Positions 23,867 to 37,773 are shown, counted from the whole stretch's first letter. The stretch: 61,556 nucleotides of DNA, filler included, from Asterionella formosa (GCA_002256025.1; 21 parts of 21 records of this genome joined end to end with filler, not necessarily neighbours in it), one strand, 5' to 3'. Numbers and translations are program-made. The notes: generated by a model from the sequence alone, not told the origin.

Positions 23867-25822
23867 TAGTGTAGTGTAGTGTAGTGCCGTTTGTCTGGCT
23901 TTGGAAATTTTTACGTCGAACAGCGCCGTCTTTGGAGAGAGCGCAATTTCCAAATTGTTGCATTCATAGTTAGATTTGTAAATCGACTGTTTTTTCCAGG
24001 GTTTTCCTGTTATTTCATCTTTTCCTTTCATAATCTTCATAATGTTGCATCGTGTTGCCGATGATGCCGGTTGCTTTGTCTTCTTATTGTCACGAACCGC
24101 TCTGAGCGTTTGCTTTTCCGCCATGGTGCTGGAGTCTTTTTTCGGCGATTCCCCAAGCAAAGGAACCTGGAAGCCTTGTAGTGTGACTACCAGCTGATTC
24201 CTTGCTGCTCTGTTTTTGTTCTAGACTATAGACGTGTTTTTCGAAAAAATTATCGAAATTAATTGTTGAAATACTGGTATGGTACATACTCCATTAGCAT
24301 AAGGGTCATTCAGAAAATCTATTCATATTTGCCCACAAGTTCTAGTCGTTGTCAGCAAATTCTTTTTTTAGTCAGCAAGTTCTAGTCGATGTCAGAAAGT
24401 TCTAAACGTAGAATGATTCATATTTATATTCCGAAGCAAGACGACGGTTTGCTGAACCGGTTGATCAGGCAGCAAATCTGAGTCGTGTTCAGAGTTTGAT
24501 TCTACAAATCGTCATCGGTCAACGAGAGTAATGTTTTCCTAAATTACTTAAGGAATAATATTTTCATCGAAAGCTGGCCTATCTCGGAGTCCAGCAGGTA
24601 TGGAACACATCATTGGGAATGAATTGTGCACATAACAGGTGCGCTACCAGACCTTCCTGGAGTACTGGTACTGAACACACACACCAGATTTTTACCTCTC
24701 ATTCTCCATGTTCTTCGAATCAAGATTCCCTCAGTCATCATTAACTGTGTCAATGTGTTCAGGCCTGCATAGCATGGTAACTGTTAGTACTTTTACTACA
24801 TTGAATTTTATACTCAGCATAGAATTCGGTATTAGTAAGTGTAACTAGCCAAGTTATGAAGTGTGACTGACTATTTGTGTTCCAGGTAATCCGGATAGGG
24901 AATGTTTCATAGGACTCAAATATAGTTGTTCACACCGTTCTGACCAGGTAGGTCTGGGTGGGGGATCATGAAAAAATTGGCCCTGGCAGCTTGAAGGCCT
25001 TCCCATGGTCCAATTCAGTCCAATCTGCAAAAACAATGAGATAACTATTTCTGAGCCAGATTCACATACCAGTATGTAAACCCTTTCCTGCCACTTAGCT
25101 AGTCTACCATAATCCTTCAACTGTCACAGCCGCATCCTTGCAGGACTTAGATGTGATGCAGGGCCTATTGTTAGCATTTACTTTGGAACATGCTCATTTG
25201 CACCTATTCCCTCATTTGCGTTAGCCTTACATCGTCTCACCAACAGGAAGCTTCAAAACGGTCAGTTGTGTACCAGATTACCAGGCACCTTGTTATCTGG
25301 TACCCTGGTACCAATTAAAAACTGTAAGCCACCGCTACGGCGACTTTTGAACTGTAAGCCACCGCTAAACGGAGTAAACGCACGGTTTGAACTTAGTTTA
25401 CAAGATACGCTATTTATTGTCACGAACGAGTTGTTCAGATTTATATAGCGAGTAAATACTTCCGTACTTGTATTGTTGCATTGTGTACATTGTTAATTAG
25501 GTATTATCGCCCAAAGGTTGCTGTCGACGTGAAATTGCGAAAATTGGATATTTTCACGTTTACTCGATTGAGCAAGCATCACCTTTTATATACGTATTCA
25601 GGTATGAGAATATTCCTCCGCTAGAAAACTAATTTAGTATCCTCTAAAATTTATTTAATATGACTACGACGGCATTGCGCTTTCGCTCGTGCGCCATAAT
25701 AAAGAGATAATTTCATTAATGGAAAACGTCAAATAGGAATTCCTGGTGCGCCCGAATTATGAGTACAAAAATTAAATGCAAACACACAACAATCACCCAT
25801 CACCCATCACAACACCAACACC

Positions 25823-26360
25823 ATGACCTCGAAAGCGCCTCGACAAGGCAATGCCTTGCCTCGAAAGAAATTGTCTCCTGAAGAGTTGGTCAGTGTTCAG
25901 TTTTGTCTTAACAATGTGATTAGGGAGCTAACAATGGTGGAAAAATGCCTTATGGTGCTATTTCTAGGACAGTATCAGCTAAGCAATGCATTTTCCCTTG
26001 GATATCTGTTAACCAAGTGAAGAATGAACTAAAACGAAGTGCTAGACTAGAAGTTAAGTATAGTACTGCTACTATGTATACTACTTCTGGTTCGTCCCTC
26101 TTTCAACCATCAACTGCAACCATGGTGTCTACATTGACACCTGACCATTGTGGTCCTACTAAAACTCAACTCTTGAATGCTGATGGCAGCTTTGCCTTGT
26201 TATTTCCCAGCAATCTCATTCATAATTCATATAAAATTGTCGAGGAGGAAGAAGATGACAACAATGAAGGTGTGAGTGAGCATTATGATAGTCAGTTTAC
26301 AATGGGCACTTTGGCATATGAAACTGGAAACAATGGTGTGCTTACCTGGGGAAGTTTGGA
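25823..26360 (+). pseudogene. Frameshifted ORF, possibly a transposase N-terminus
   Basis: Two overlapping ORFs (MTSKAPRQ..; PYGAIS..FPWISVNQVK). Direct repeats aactgtaagccaccgcta lie upstream at 25320 and 25350. Confidence 0.3.
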
Positions 26361-26581
26361 NNNNNNNNNNNNNNNNNNNNNNNNNNNNNNNNNNNNNNNN
26401 NNNNTTAATTAATTAANNNNNNNNNNNNNNNNNNNNNNNNNNNNNNNNNNNNNNNNNNNNAAAGATAAATGGAAGAGGCTGATAAGAAGTGGAAATCGGG
26501 GTCATGATGGTCGAAAATTTTGTGATTGTCATGTGATATCATCTAGCTAGTGGTAGTGGTAGTAGTAATTCACCTAGACTA

Positions 26582-29297
26582 CGTCTGGAAATAAGCAAAA
26601 AATATCATGAAAATATGATCAAGGGTATCATACGCTAAGTGGCAAAGGATTTTCAAATATATGATAGTTTTTCGATCGAAAATATGATCAATGTATCATA
26701 TAATTATGATCATGCATCAAACTTTTACCAAGCTTGAAGTATGATGAGACTATCATAGATATAATACCATTGCATCATATAATTAGTTAAACATAGTCAT
26801 ATGATGTGTATACTTTTGTCATACATCTATCTTGGCATGATCATAATTCTCATCGATATCACTGTCTAAAATAGGATGAAATCGATCGAAATTTAGAACT
26901 ATATTTAGCTAAGAATGGTTCTATGATTCTAGTATATCTTAAGTGGCTACAGAATGTTCTACAATGCTCACATCGCAATGATTACTGGTGCCGCTTTCAC
27001 TTCCACCTTTCCCCCCCCACCCAATTCTGAAGGTTGTTGTACTGGTTGCCTTGCCGTTGTTCCCCTGCTTGCTTTGTTCCATTTACTCCTGATGGATCTG
27101 AGTTTGCATTCACGCACTATTATTGAATCCGTTTCGTTGTTCCAATCAGCCATACTAACAAAGAGAAGCAATTCATTGTTAGCTGTTCATGTTTTGCTTA
27201 CACAACAAAATTCATGTCGCTTCTATCTGCCTTCACTTACCACAAATTGAGGAAGTAACTGATGCATATTTCTGTAGAAGAATGTGTCAGTCGAAGATTG
27301 AATGAGAAGCAAAGTATCGATCAATTAATGGGCTCCAACACTGCTGTTTGTAACTTACAAATACTACTGATTGTCTACCATTATCCTAAAAGAAGCAACA
27401 GATATGTGTCAGTTTTTCTAACAGTTGTGGATTGATCCAAAGATGGCTGATAGGCAGCACATACCGATTTCTTTTGTCCACAGCCATTGATGGTTGGCCA
27501 GTCACCAAATCGAAAAGGAGCTATTGAATCACTGAAAGGGGACGAGTCATTCCGTAATTGTAATCCCAGAAATTGATCATCTTGGCATTTGCTCTTGACA
27601 AACCGTGATGCTATGCACAGCTTGTTGATTCCGCCCTTCTCTATCATATTCACTCATTCTTATCGTGCTGTATTGTCACTTCAGTTTTTCGCATCATGTG
27701 TTGCTTGAGATCCTTCATTTGAGGAAGTGGATGCAGCATGGCAAGGAACGACATGAAAGGCATTTGCTCTTGACTTACCATCAATTGATTCCGCCCTTCT
27801 CTTCTAAGCCGCAAGTATCATTGTGCTGTATTATCACTTTCGTTTTCGGCGTCATCATCTGTGTTAATCCTTCAATTCAGGAGCAAAGTGTATGCATGAC
27901 AAGGAACATGAAAACATGATTTCAAATTTTTCAGCCATTAATACATATATATAAAGATTTGTAAGAAGTTTAAATGTATATAAAGTTGAACATTTGCATA
28001 GTTTGAAACACGCTCATTATACGGCACATCCTGTGTATACTTTCATCAATTTTGATTATACATAATTCAAATATATACAATGCATGATGAGTTCATAGTT
28101 TTCCACGACCTGTTGAGTTTTTTCAATTTGCGTTGTGTCAATTCTTGTACCTACAAGTCAGTGGCTGATTAAATTAAGCCCCTTAATAAACGGGAGTCAT
28201 CACAAATTTTTCAAATTGTCGAAATCATACATTTATGTATAAAGACATAATGGCCAAAATTCATATGGCCTACCGGTAGTACTGTATAATTGCTGGTAAT
28301 TACTTCCATCATGGAAATACCACAATAGTGCAGAGAAAAACTGAATATGCTCATGTGTATAGGATCATTTGATCATATTTCTAAGATCAATTGATCCTGA
28401 TCCTTGAAAATAAATGTTGATCATTCATTTTCTCATCAACGAGACCGTTCATCATATGATCAATATGTTATGATCAAAGTTATAGGATAAACGAATCTAA
28501 ATTCATTGATTAAAGATCATATTTTATACCATAGTATTCGATGCTCATGCATGCAACCCCTTCCCCCCCTGTGTACAGTCCAGAAGTGATAACCCCCAAG
28601 CTACCAAATTTTTATGTCTTGTAAGAATTATCGCAGCATGCATGCATACATGGTGACTCCTACTGGTATATACAATGCGGAAATGATGACCACCAGACTA
28701 CCAATCCTATAGGTCCTGTAGAATTATCGCAATATGGCTACATATCTAATGAAAGGGCGGGAGGAGTCATCCATGCACCTGTATAGTATGAAATATGGAA
28801 ATGATCAAATGTAGCTAGTATACACAAGGAGCAGTGCATCAGCATATATGCCCTGCTGTTGATTTTTTACTTTTGTGCACCCTCTCTTGTTGTGTTTGTA
28901 CTTGACTTGGCAGCTGTCAGCCAAGCAAGAGCAGCCATGGTATTCCACCATTTATTGTCTATACAAGTTTCAAATGCATTCAGCTATGAAATCTTTAGCT
29001 CCCCCCTCCTCCTAAACACTATCTCACCACCCTTGTCGTAGATTTTTCTTCATCCTTTGGCTTCACAGGCCCAGGTTACTCAATGCCTTCATCTGCAAGG
29101 AGTTCAGCCAAGCAGGTCCACGTTGGCGTCAAGAAAACCTCAACCCCGATTTTCCTCACATGCTCCACCTATTGACTTCTTCATTGATGAAGTCGAGGTA
29201 GCTATATTGACGACATCAGGTGGCGCAGGCTTGTGTATAGCTAGATTGATGATGCTGAAAGCATTGCTTCCTTTTCCCGTAGGTACCTATTTGTCAA
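26582..29297. mobile_element. Longest copy of repeat family B (non-autonomous, TA-flanked)
   Basis: Nearly the whole contig matches other contigs: 18360-18520, 20325-20484, 55797-56830 (reverse complement) and 9120-10530. No intact ORF. Confidence 0.7.
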
Positions 29298-29467
29298 NNN
29301 NNNNNNNNNNNNNNNNNNNNNNNNNNNNNNNNNNNNNNNNNTTAATTAATTAANNNNNNNNNNNNNNNNNNNNNNNNNNNNNNNNNNNNNNNNNNNNAAA
29401 CCAACGAGAAGTCAATAATTTTCCGAAATCAGAAAGAAGCAAATACCGCGTCTGTGCGACCAACACG

Positions 29468-30325
29468 ATGAATGCATTCTCAACCGTTGCCTTCTTGCTG
29501 GTGTTATCCGATGCTTTTGCTCCATCCAATTTGCAGTCCAAAGAACGTTGGGAACTTCGTAGCTCTGAAAGTAGCGAATTCTCTCGTCGGCAGATTCTAC
29601 AAACAACAGGTGCGGCTTTCGTGGCTTCGTTCTTGTTGCCCGCCAACGCTGTCACAGGTGCTCTAGATGGCAATCTACCCGACTTGCCTCCAGAAGCCTC
29701 TCGCTCCTACCTTCAGTACAGAATCGGAATCCAAACATCTGCGGACTACTACCTGTGGGAACTACAAGACCAAGTTGCAAGCATTGATGATTGGGGCGAA
29801 ATTGGCCAGCTCTTCCAAAACAGTGGTGCTCGAGGTGGACAGGGTCAGCCCAGTCGCATCGAGCGTCAATTTGTCAACCCCATGCGCATTTTGGGACTCA
29901 GTATGCCTCCAGATATTGCGGATGCTATGCGTGACTCTCAGTTTGCCTTTGAACGGGCCATGGCGACGATTACAAAAGCAACAGCAGGAGTCAGACGAGA
30001 TTTGCCGGTTGAGATTGATCCGTCCAGTGTCGTTCAGGCAAAAAAGGGATGGGAAGACGGTAGAGTCGCTCTTAACTCATTTCTCACAACATTGAACACA
30101 GCCACCGGCTTGAACGAAATGCGATTGATTCCACCTTCTGGGCCCGACCAAACCAAGGAATATGGTAGATCACAGAGAAAATATTTGGAACTGACAAAGA
30201 AAACTAAGCTATGCCAAAATCGTGGAGGTCCTGCATTGAGCCAGGCGTGGGGTCAACTTATGGTGTCTGGATACTTACAAGACTCTTGTGGTATTCCTGA
30301 CCTAGAAGGATACTTCTTTCAGTAA
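29468..30325 (+). CDS. Putative thylakoid-lumen protein of unknown function (285 aa)
   Basis: Signal peptide ending SDA-FAP (ASAFAP motif), a Ser-rich transit peptide, then a twin-arginine signal SRRQIL..AAFVASFLLPANA. Clean intronless ORF. Confidence 0.85.
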   Translation: MNAFSTVAFLLVLSDAFAPSNLQSKERWELRSSESSEFSRRQILQTTGAAFVASFLLPANAVTGALDGNLPDLPPEASRSYLQYRIGIQTSADYYLWELQDQVASIDDWGEIGQLFQNSGARGGQGQPSRIERQFVNPMRILGLSMPPDIADAMRDSQFAFERAMATITKATAGVRRDLPVEIDPSSVVQAKKGWEDGRVALNSFLTTLNTATGLNEMRLIPPSGPDQTKEYGRSQRKYLELTKKTKLCQNRGGPALSQAWGQLMVSGYLQDSCGIPDLEGYFFQ

Positions 30326-30429
30326 AACGCGATCGAAATAAATATCACATAGGCTAATTGGATAAGAATCGTTGCTAGCTAAGTTGATTTATTTTGATTC
30401 TACGGAACACTTACGATAAACTTGGCTAA

Positions 30430-31950
30430 TCAACCATCCTCCCAAGACACGTCCATTTCTTCAGGGTCGGCCGGTTGCTCGTCTGCAAGCTTGGGCACTC
30501 CGTCTGTTACTCCGCCCAAACGCAAAATATTGACCTGACGACCAATTTCAATTTTGTATTGGGATTGGAAGGCTGCTTTGCGCTCGTCATCCGTCCAATT
30601 CAACATTTCCTGGGATTCGTCGGCCAACACCAATTGATGCAGCCCATCCTGTTCGTTGGATCGTTGCTCCTGCTGCCGAGACATGTTTCGAAGTGTCTCT
30701 AATTCCATGTCTCGTTCCATGATACCTATATTATTCTCGAGAAATTCTAGACCCGCATGCTTTGGATTCACACGTTCTGGATCGTCACCTTGCTCAGCCT
30801 GAAGTGCTTTCTTGCGCATTAACCACCACTGGACGGTGATCGGCAACTTCGCCGCCACCTTGCTAGCAGCAGCATCCATCAGCTTCCGTCTACGTCGTCG
30901 GTTGGTTGCTAACACTTGTGCTCTGGCGCCACCTCCTTTTTCAATCGTAAAGCGAATCTCTTGACCGATGGCATTCTTCAGGAAAAGCAAATCGCTTTCG
31001 TCAGCTCGTTTACTTTCGGTCCCGACTGTGAACTCCCCTTGACCCTGTTGAGCTCTTTTCTTCGCCTTGATTCCAGCTGTTCGACCTGTGCCTGCCAGAC
31101 GCTTGGAACCAATCTCAAGTGCATAGTTTTCTGACGGTAGGTTGCTCGTCAGAGGGCCCTTGCCCTTGACTCTGACTTTTTGTAGCAAATCGTAAATTCC
31201 AGGTCGGATTTGATTGTTGCCGATCATTTTTCCAGAAAGCTGCACGTTGACACGTCTCATATTATTGACCGCTTGCTTGAGTTCCTTTGCATTATCAACA
31301 AGTTGGAGTGTGTATGTTTCCAGTTCCGGTGGATTTGCGCTGTTTTCATATGCATTTGAACATTCCTGGCAAAGAAAAAGACCCGTTTCCTTATCCACCA
31401 CCTGTTGAGCCTCACTCTCTGTGTATCGTCCATTACATCGTTTTCCCTTGTATCCAGGGCAAAGATAGAAAGAGGAAGAGCGAGCATCCATTTCGGCTCG
31501 TTCTAGGCGGGATCTGAGCAAAAACAATCTCAGGCGGATCGAATGACTGCACAATAAAAAAATCAGCGTTTGTTTGGCAGTTTGGGTTAGAGCATGTTTA
31601 TCTTTGTGAGATTCGCACATTCTAAAGCTAAAGCCACACCCGAGTCCACTCATATGTATATACTGTACTCACACTGCCGCGTTGTAGTCAATGTACCAAT
31701 ATTTACTCGCCTGCGAACCTCCCTGTGCCAAATCATCCACTTCCTCAAACTTGACAATGTGCTCGTCCTGCAAAAACTGAAGGGTCCGTCGAAGCTGCTT
31801 GGGCTGAAGGGACAAACGAGGTCCCATGTCATCATCACGCAAATATTTATCTCGAAGGAGAACATCAATCAAGCAAATGGCGTCGTCCTCGTAAAATGCG
31901 CGGGCAACAGTGGCAATGAGCGCTTCCGCATAGATGGTGTAATCCGTCAT
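30430..31950 (-). CDS. TFA1: Transcription initiation factor IIE alpha subunit, 464 aa (exons 31950-31673 and 31546-30430)
   Basis: Winged-helix motifs VARAFY and YWYIDY. A 126-bp GT-AG intron (31672-31547) restores the frame into HSIRLRL. Zn ribbon YLCP..C...FLCQEC and acidic tail ending WEDG. Confidence 0.9.
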
Positions 31951-32333
31951 GAGGTCGGCTCACTTCTGTACGACTCTTTGCCTCGCGTTGGAATGAATGG
32001 CACTACTGCTTTCCTGCTGCAAGAGCTTTTGTCCTCAGAGCAGGGAATTGATATGACGGCAAACAAGAGAGACAACAATCCAGCAACTATGGATCCACTA
32101 TAGCACGGGCAGTGGAACATAAAACATACTCCCTTTCAAGTTGCAGTAAATGAGCAATTTAGCTTTGTTTTCCTAAACTTCTTCCACCCCTGGTTCCAGG
32201 TACCGGTACTCCCTCTACTGGTGGCATCTAGTANNNNNNNNNNNNNNNNNNNNNNNNNNNNNNNNNNNNNNNNNNNNTTAATTAATTAANNNNNNNNNNN
32301 NNNNNNNNNNNNNNNNNNNNNNNNNNNNNNNNN

Positions 32334-33324
32334 GCTGGTAAACTTGCCAATGATCAACTTGCTCACTTCTTGCTCCCGCATCATTACCTCCCCTGCCCAG
32401 TCACCCCTGGCCTATGGATGGATACCACCAGTGATCTCATGTTTACGCTTGTTGTGGATGATTTTGGTGTACGTTACACCAAACGTAGTGACGTGGACCA
32501 TCTCCTCACCGCTTTATGTACCAAATACCGACTCACAGCTGATTGGACTGGCTCTCGATACATTGGCCTTACACTGATGTGGGACTACAAACATTGCACA
32601 GTTGACCTCACTATGCCTGGTTACATTGTTCGTGCTCTACAAAGATTCACGCACTCTACCCCAACACACCCACAACATGCCCCCCATGCCTGGACTGCAC
32701 CTAGTTATGGCGCTCGCCAGCAATTTGTTGTTTCTGATGTCACCCCTGTCCTTGACCTCCATGATAAAACACGTGTGCAAGAGATTCTTGGTACTTTATT
32801 GTATTATGCCCGTGCTATTGATTGTACTATGTTGCCGGCACTTGGTACATTGGCTACACAACAAGCACACTGTCCGACAAAAACGTTCCAAAGCTATGGA
32901 TATGCGTTATTACTGGGTACGCGATCGGGTTCGCCAAGGCCAATTTCTTGTATACGGGAAAAAAGGTAGTTTGAATCGTGCTGATTATTTCACTAAACAT
33001 CATCCCGCTTCCCATCATATGTTGATGCGCCCGCACTATCTCCATTGCCCTCCATCCCTCCCTAGTCCTCCTAACTATTATGCCTGCTTGGCTTCCGATG
33101 CTGATATCATCTCCACCCCAGCTCCTGTTCTTCTGCCTGCATCTGTTGGTGAGGGTGTGTTAATATCTGCATATGATGCTCCATACATGCGCCATACGAA
33201 CCATACCGGCGCAGCCACCAGATTAGGTACATGCGTGAGTGCTAACAACGATGTACTTGGAACAGCAATAGAATAGTCATAATATTGTAGTTCACCTTTA
33301 TTCACGATAAGGTTCCCCTCAACA
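32334..33324 (+). mobile_element. Copia (CoDi-like) RT remnant with an internal deletion, plus 3' LTR (33158-33324)
   Basis: TPGLW..FTLVVDDFGV, MPGYI, GTLLYYARAID, then a jump to KRSKAMDMRYYW. Same family as 21286-22101. Confidence 0.92.
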
Positions 33325-34069
33325 CACTTGTAGCATCAAAATTTTTCCCGACGAAGAAAGACTGCGCCAGGTTTTTTCATGTAGATTGTAGGTTCTGTTG
33401 GTACAAAGATGAAGTCATGGCTGCGCCAGGATTTTTGACCCTCTGAATTCATAAAGACAACATTTAACCACCACTGTGCACAATATATGTTTTCAACATG
33501 GGGACGACCCTTAAAAGCAGCATCCCCTTCTAGCTTTTCAGTGCCTCACCATTAACAAATCCTACATCAGCCAAGAACTCACATATTGTTTGTTGAAACA
33601 ATAGAAGGTGGAATGACACAACATTGAGATCGTAAGCAATCGATCCTTTTAAGGTAAGATTTATTTGCTTGCTGTTTTTGCTATTATATCACCAAGCGAG
33701 GGATAACTCATGATATGTCATGCTTGTGTTTTCAACATTCATTTGACATTTGAGCAGGCCTTTTCAGAAAAGCAGTGTTCTTTGGAAAGTATGAGCGATA
33801 GCAGATGAAAAAATGACACAATATGGAGACCCGCAATGGAGGCCTTCAAGAAGGTGAGATTAATCTTCAGTTTTCATAATTGTATCAGCAAAGCGAGCGA
33901 GAAATCACATGGTTCTGTTATTGTTCTCTACATTTATTTTACATTTTAGCCGTCCATTTCACAACAGGAGCATCTTTTTTAATGCATCAGTGAGTTGCGA
34001 TACTGCCTGCCTGGTGGCTGGCTAATGCCGGTGTTCTGCTGTCAATTTGACTGCTCCATGAAACAGTTG

Positions 34070-34851
34070 AATAGCACATGTGTGTGTTGCTTTCTGCTGT
34101 TGCTAGTTCTATTAAATGAATTACTGACACACTATTCTTTTGTAAATCTTTGCAGATCAATGAAGAAGTCATTTCAAGGACAAGGAGGAAGCCAGTATGA
34201 TACATTCCTGTTGCGATTTCGCACCATGATGCCTTTTCAAGAATGAATAATCTTTTCATTCAGAATGAACGGTTTCTGTTTGTCTTTCATTGTCCTTACA
34301 GACATCTCATGATGCCTGCCTTCTCAAGACTGAAGATGCCATTCTGAAAGTACTGCTTTGTTTGATTGCATATCGAGATTTGTTTCCCATGTAATGTGAA
34401 ATACCGGCAGTTGAATTAGAAATCAACATATTTGATTGTACTTTTAAATTACGTAAGCAAATTTAATACATTACGTGAACTATATTATAGAATTACGTGA
34501 ATAAAATTATAAGGCAATGTGAACTAAATTACAGAATTAAGTGAAGCATTTCAAATAATTATGTGAAGTATTTCAAATAATTACGTGAAGTATTTCAAAT
34601 AATTATGTGAAGTATTTCAAATAATTACGTGAAGTATTTCAAATAATCATGTGAAGGTGATGACGTAATATAGTGATGATCAGGAATGCATGCATGATAC
34701 TCTGATCAAATAATTAACGTGATGTACTCAGATAATATATAGATATATTCAAGTAAGCATTTTGATGTATTCAACTAATTCATGTGATCAATTCAAAATC
34801 AACTAGGCTTATTTACGTGATGGTCACTTCACGTAATACGCGGCTTAGATG
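34070..34851. mobile_element. Family A, end type 2 (long copy)
   Basis: Ends GCGGCTTAGATG|TA, has an expanded 22-bp array, and matches 52030-52730 in reverse complement. Confidence 0.8.
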
Positions 34852-35793
34852 TAACGAAATATGTATCATGCACAGAAAAATTCTGTCCCAGTTATTGCAT
34901 GATACTCCTGATCTTAGAAGTGCAATATTTTTTATTTTCAGACGCACTGAACTGCTGCAGTCGTCGAGACTGCTTGATCAACAGCACATGTGCTCATGGC
35001 GTAATAGTTACATGCACCATATCAAAAGATAATCATTCCTTTTGCTGTTCTGCGTGCTTTGACTCAACTGACTCAATTATAGTCTTGTTGATGTGGAAGT
35101 GGTAGATTCCTGAACCCATGAGTCCTCGTTTTGCAATCTCTCCATCGGATGTACTCCACAACGAGCCCNNNNNNNNNNNNNNNNNNNNNNNNNNNNNNNN
35201 NNNNNNNNNNNNTTAATTAATTAANNNNNNNNNNNNNNNNNNNNNNNNNNNNNNNNNNNNNNNNNNNNACTTTGGTGTAAAATTTGAGTTAGATTAGTGC
35301 GGAACTGTACACTATATTGACATAATGGGTTCTGTTCATCAACGTATTTGCAAACTACCACTCTTACAGAAAATTATTTATAGAATAAACTGATGTCGTT
35401 CTCACACATGATACCATACCGGTACCAATAACAGTACATGTAACATGTATGATTATTTTATTTATGTCGCAGAGATTTGTAGAAAAGCGTATTTATGAAC
35501 GAGTCGTCTCCATATCGGCACCCAGATTAAAAGTACCTAACTCTGGCTGTACCCAGATTTTAATGAACTTCGAACTACTGGTACCGGTACCGGTATGTAA
35601 TTGGGATGTGTGTTGTGTGTTGTGTGTTGTGTGTTGTGCACCACCCCCAACAAGGGACCGTGTTACAAAATACCGGTAGACAACCTATTCCGGGTACGGG
35701 TAATTGTTATATGTACCGGTAGCACTTTAGTAAGTACCTAGAATAGACCTAGACTAACGGTACCGCTACGGCTACCGCTACCGCTACTGCTAC

Positions 35794-37773
35794 CGCACCC
35801 GCGAATGCGAATTATATATATGACGTGCATAACATTATAATAATTTGTAACATTTTTACATGACCATCACTCTGGTAAGTACAACAAAGTGCACTTCTAC
35901 ATATTGATATCAAAAGACAAACAGCACGTACTAACACATTCATTCTCATAACAGTTTCCATCTACCGGTATAGGATTAGTCATACTGCGTGCTAGTACAG
36001 TTACATGTCCAGCCCTAGAAGGGCTGGATGCTCTATAGGGAAGACGCCTAGAGGCGTCTTCCCTTTTCCCTAACCCTAACCCTAACTCATCTTTTCAAAA
36101 ACTTTTAAACAACTGAAGAAAATGTGAGATAAAATATGTATGGAAAAAATTCGTACATCAAGAATAATCGCTGTTGAATAGTTAATAAACGTTAAAAATC
36201 TATAAAACCATATCAATTCATTGATATATCAATTCATTGATAACGAAGCAACTGAGTACCGGTATGTAAATTGATGAAAGAAATAGCGAACAATCAGACA
36301 TAACTTATTATATAAAACTCAAACTCGCTAACATAGGAAACTTTTTAACTGATATCTCTTGATTGAGCGATTTAAACAGCGAATAAATGAAAATACAAAA
36401 CATATCAATACATCTTTTCATTTCAAAATCGAAGTGAAAACTCTCCTTATTCCCCATCTGTACATTGTCAAACGGCCTACAGAAACAGAAGATCAGCATA
36501 AGGTAAAAATTCGAGACTGCAACTATACTGAAAAAGGCTCTCTTTTCTGTCTAAGAAGTACATCCTACCTGATAGAACAACGAGGTACCAGGTACCAGGT
36601 ACCACGTACCAACACGCCGAAAATATTACTCCATGCATGTGCCTAAACAGATATCCTGGTATCAGACCCCAGGTACCAGGTACTAACCAATTTCACGTGT
36701 GTACAGGTACATAGAAAAATCATTATAATACACCGAACGTCATTTTAAATCAGTACAGGTATGTACAAGTACAAGTACATTATACTGATCATTTCAAATC
36801 AGTGTCCGTCACCAGTATAAATCTACAAAGGTACAAATATAAGTACAATATACTGTACAGTAAAAAAAGGATCTCTTCTCTGTCTACGGAAGACATGCTA
36901 CCGGATAGATCAACGAAGTACCGATCGTCATTTCAAATCAGTACTAGTCAACCAGTACAAATATACAAAGGTACAAGATACAAGTACATTATACTGTACA
37001 GTAAACTGTTAACATTGTCGTACAACCATTATCATTGACATCAAAAACAAACACACCATGACGATCACACCGTCCATTGTTTCTCATTCAATTCTTGTCC
37101 GAATGGCAACATCTTTACTCGATTCAGTGAACCCAACTCATCTTCAAATATGACATGAACATCTTTTTCGTACCGATACCAATTACATTTTTCAAACCAT
37201 ATCTTCATGCCGCAACTGTTGCCGTGCCCACGGAATTGCGAAACCATACCAAAAAGTAATAACGAATATTTCCACTCCACCATGTCATTCAGGACGCACC
37301 CGCGAATGCGAATTAAATATATGACGTGCATAACATTATAATAATTTGTAACATTTTTACATGACCATCACTCTGGTAAGTACAACAAAGTGCACTTCTA
37401 CATATTGATATCAAAAGACAAACAACAGGTACTAACACATTCATTCTCATAACAGTTTCCATCTACCGGTATAGGATTAGTCATACTGTGTGCTACAGTT
37501 ACATGTCCAGCCCTAGAAGGGCTGGATGCTCTATAGGGAAGACGCAAAGGGAAGACGCAAAGGGAAGACGCCTAGAGGCGTCTTCCCTTTGCCCTAACCC
37601 TAACAATATAGGGATGACGACTAGAGGCGTTGTCCATTTGCCCTAACACTAACCCTCCATCTATAGGATTAGTCATACTGTGTGCTACAGTTACATGACC
37701 AGCCCTAGAAGGGCTGGATGCTCTATAGGGATGACGCCTAGAGGCGTCATACCCATTTCCCTTTTACCCTAAA
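35794..37773. repeat. ~290-bp direct repeat (35794-36085, 37295-37604) with hairpin and telomere-like modules
   Basis: Hairpins tccagccc-taga-agggctgga and gggaagacgcct-ag-aggcgtcttccc followed by (CCCTAA)n. A third partial unit lies at 37662-37773. Confidence 0.85.

Noticed and set aside
34540..34656. CRISPR-like array
   Set aside because: Head-to-tail 22-bp units with no unique spacers, inside a transposon end in a eukaryotic context.
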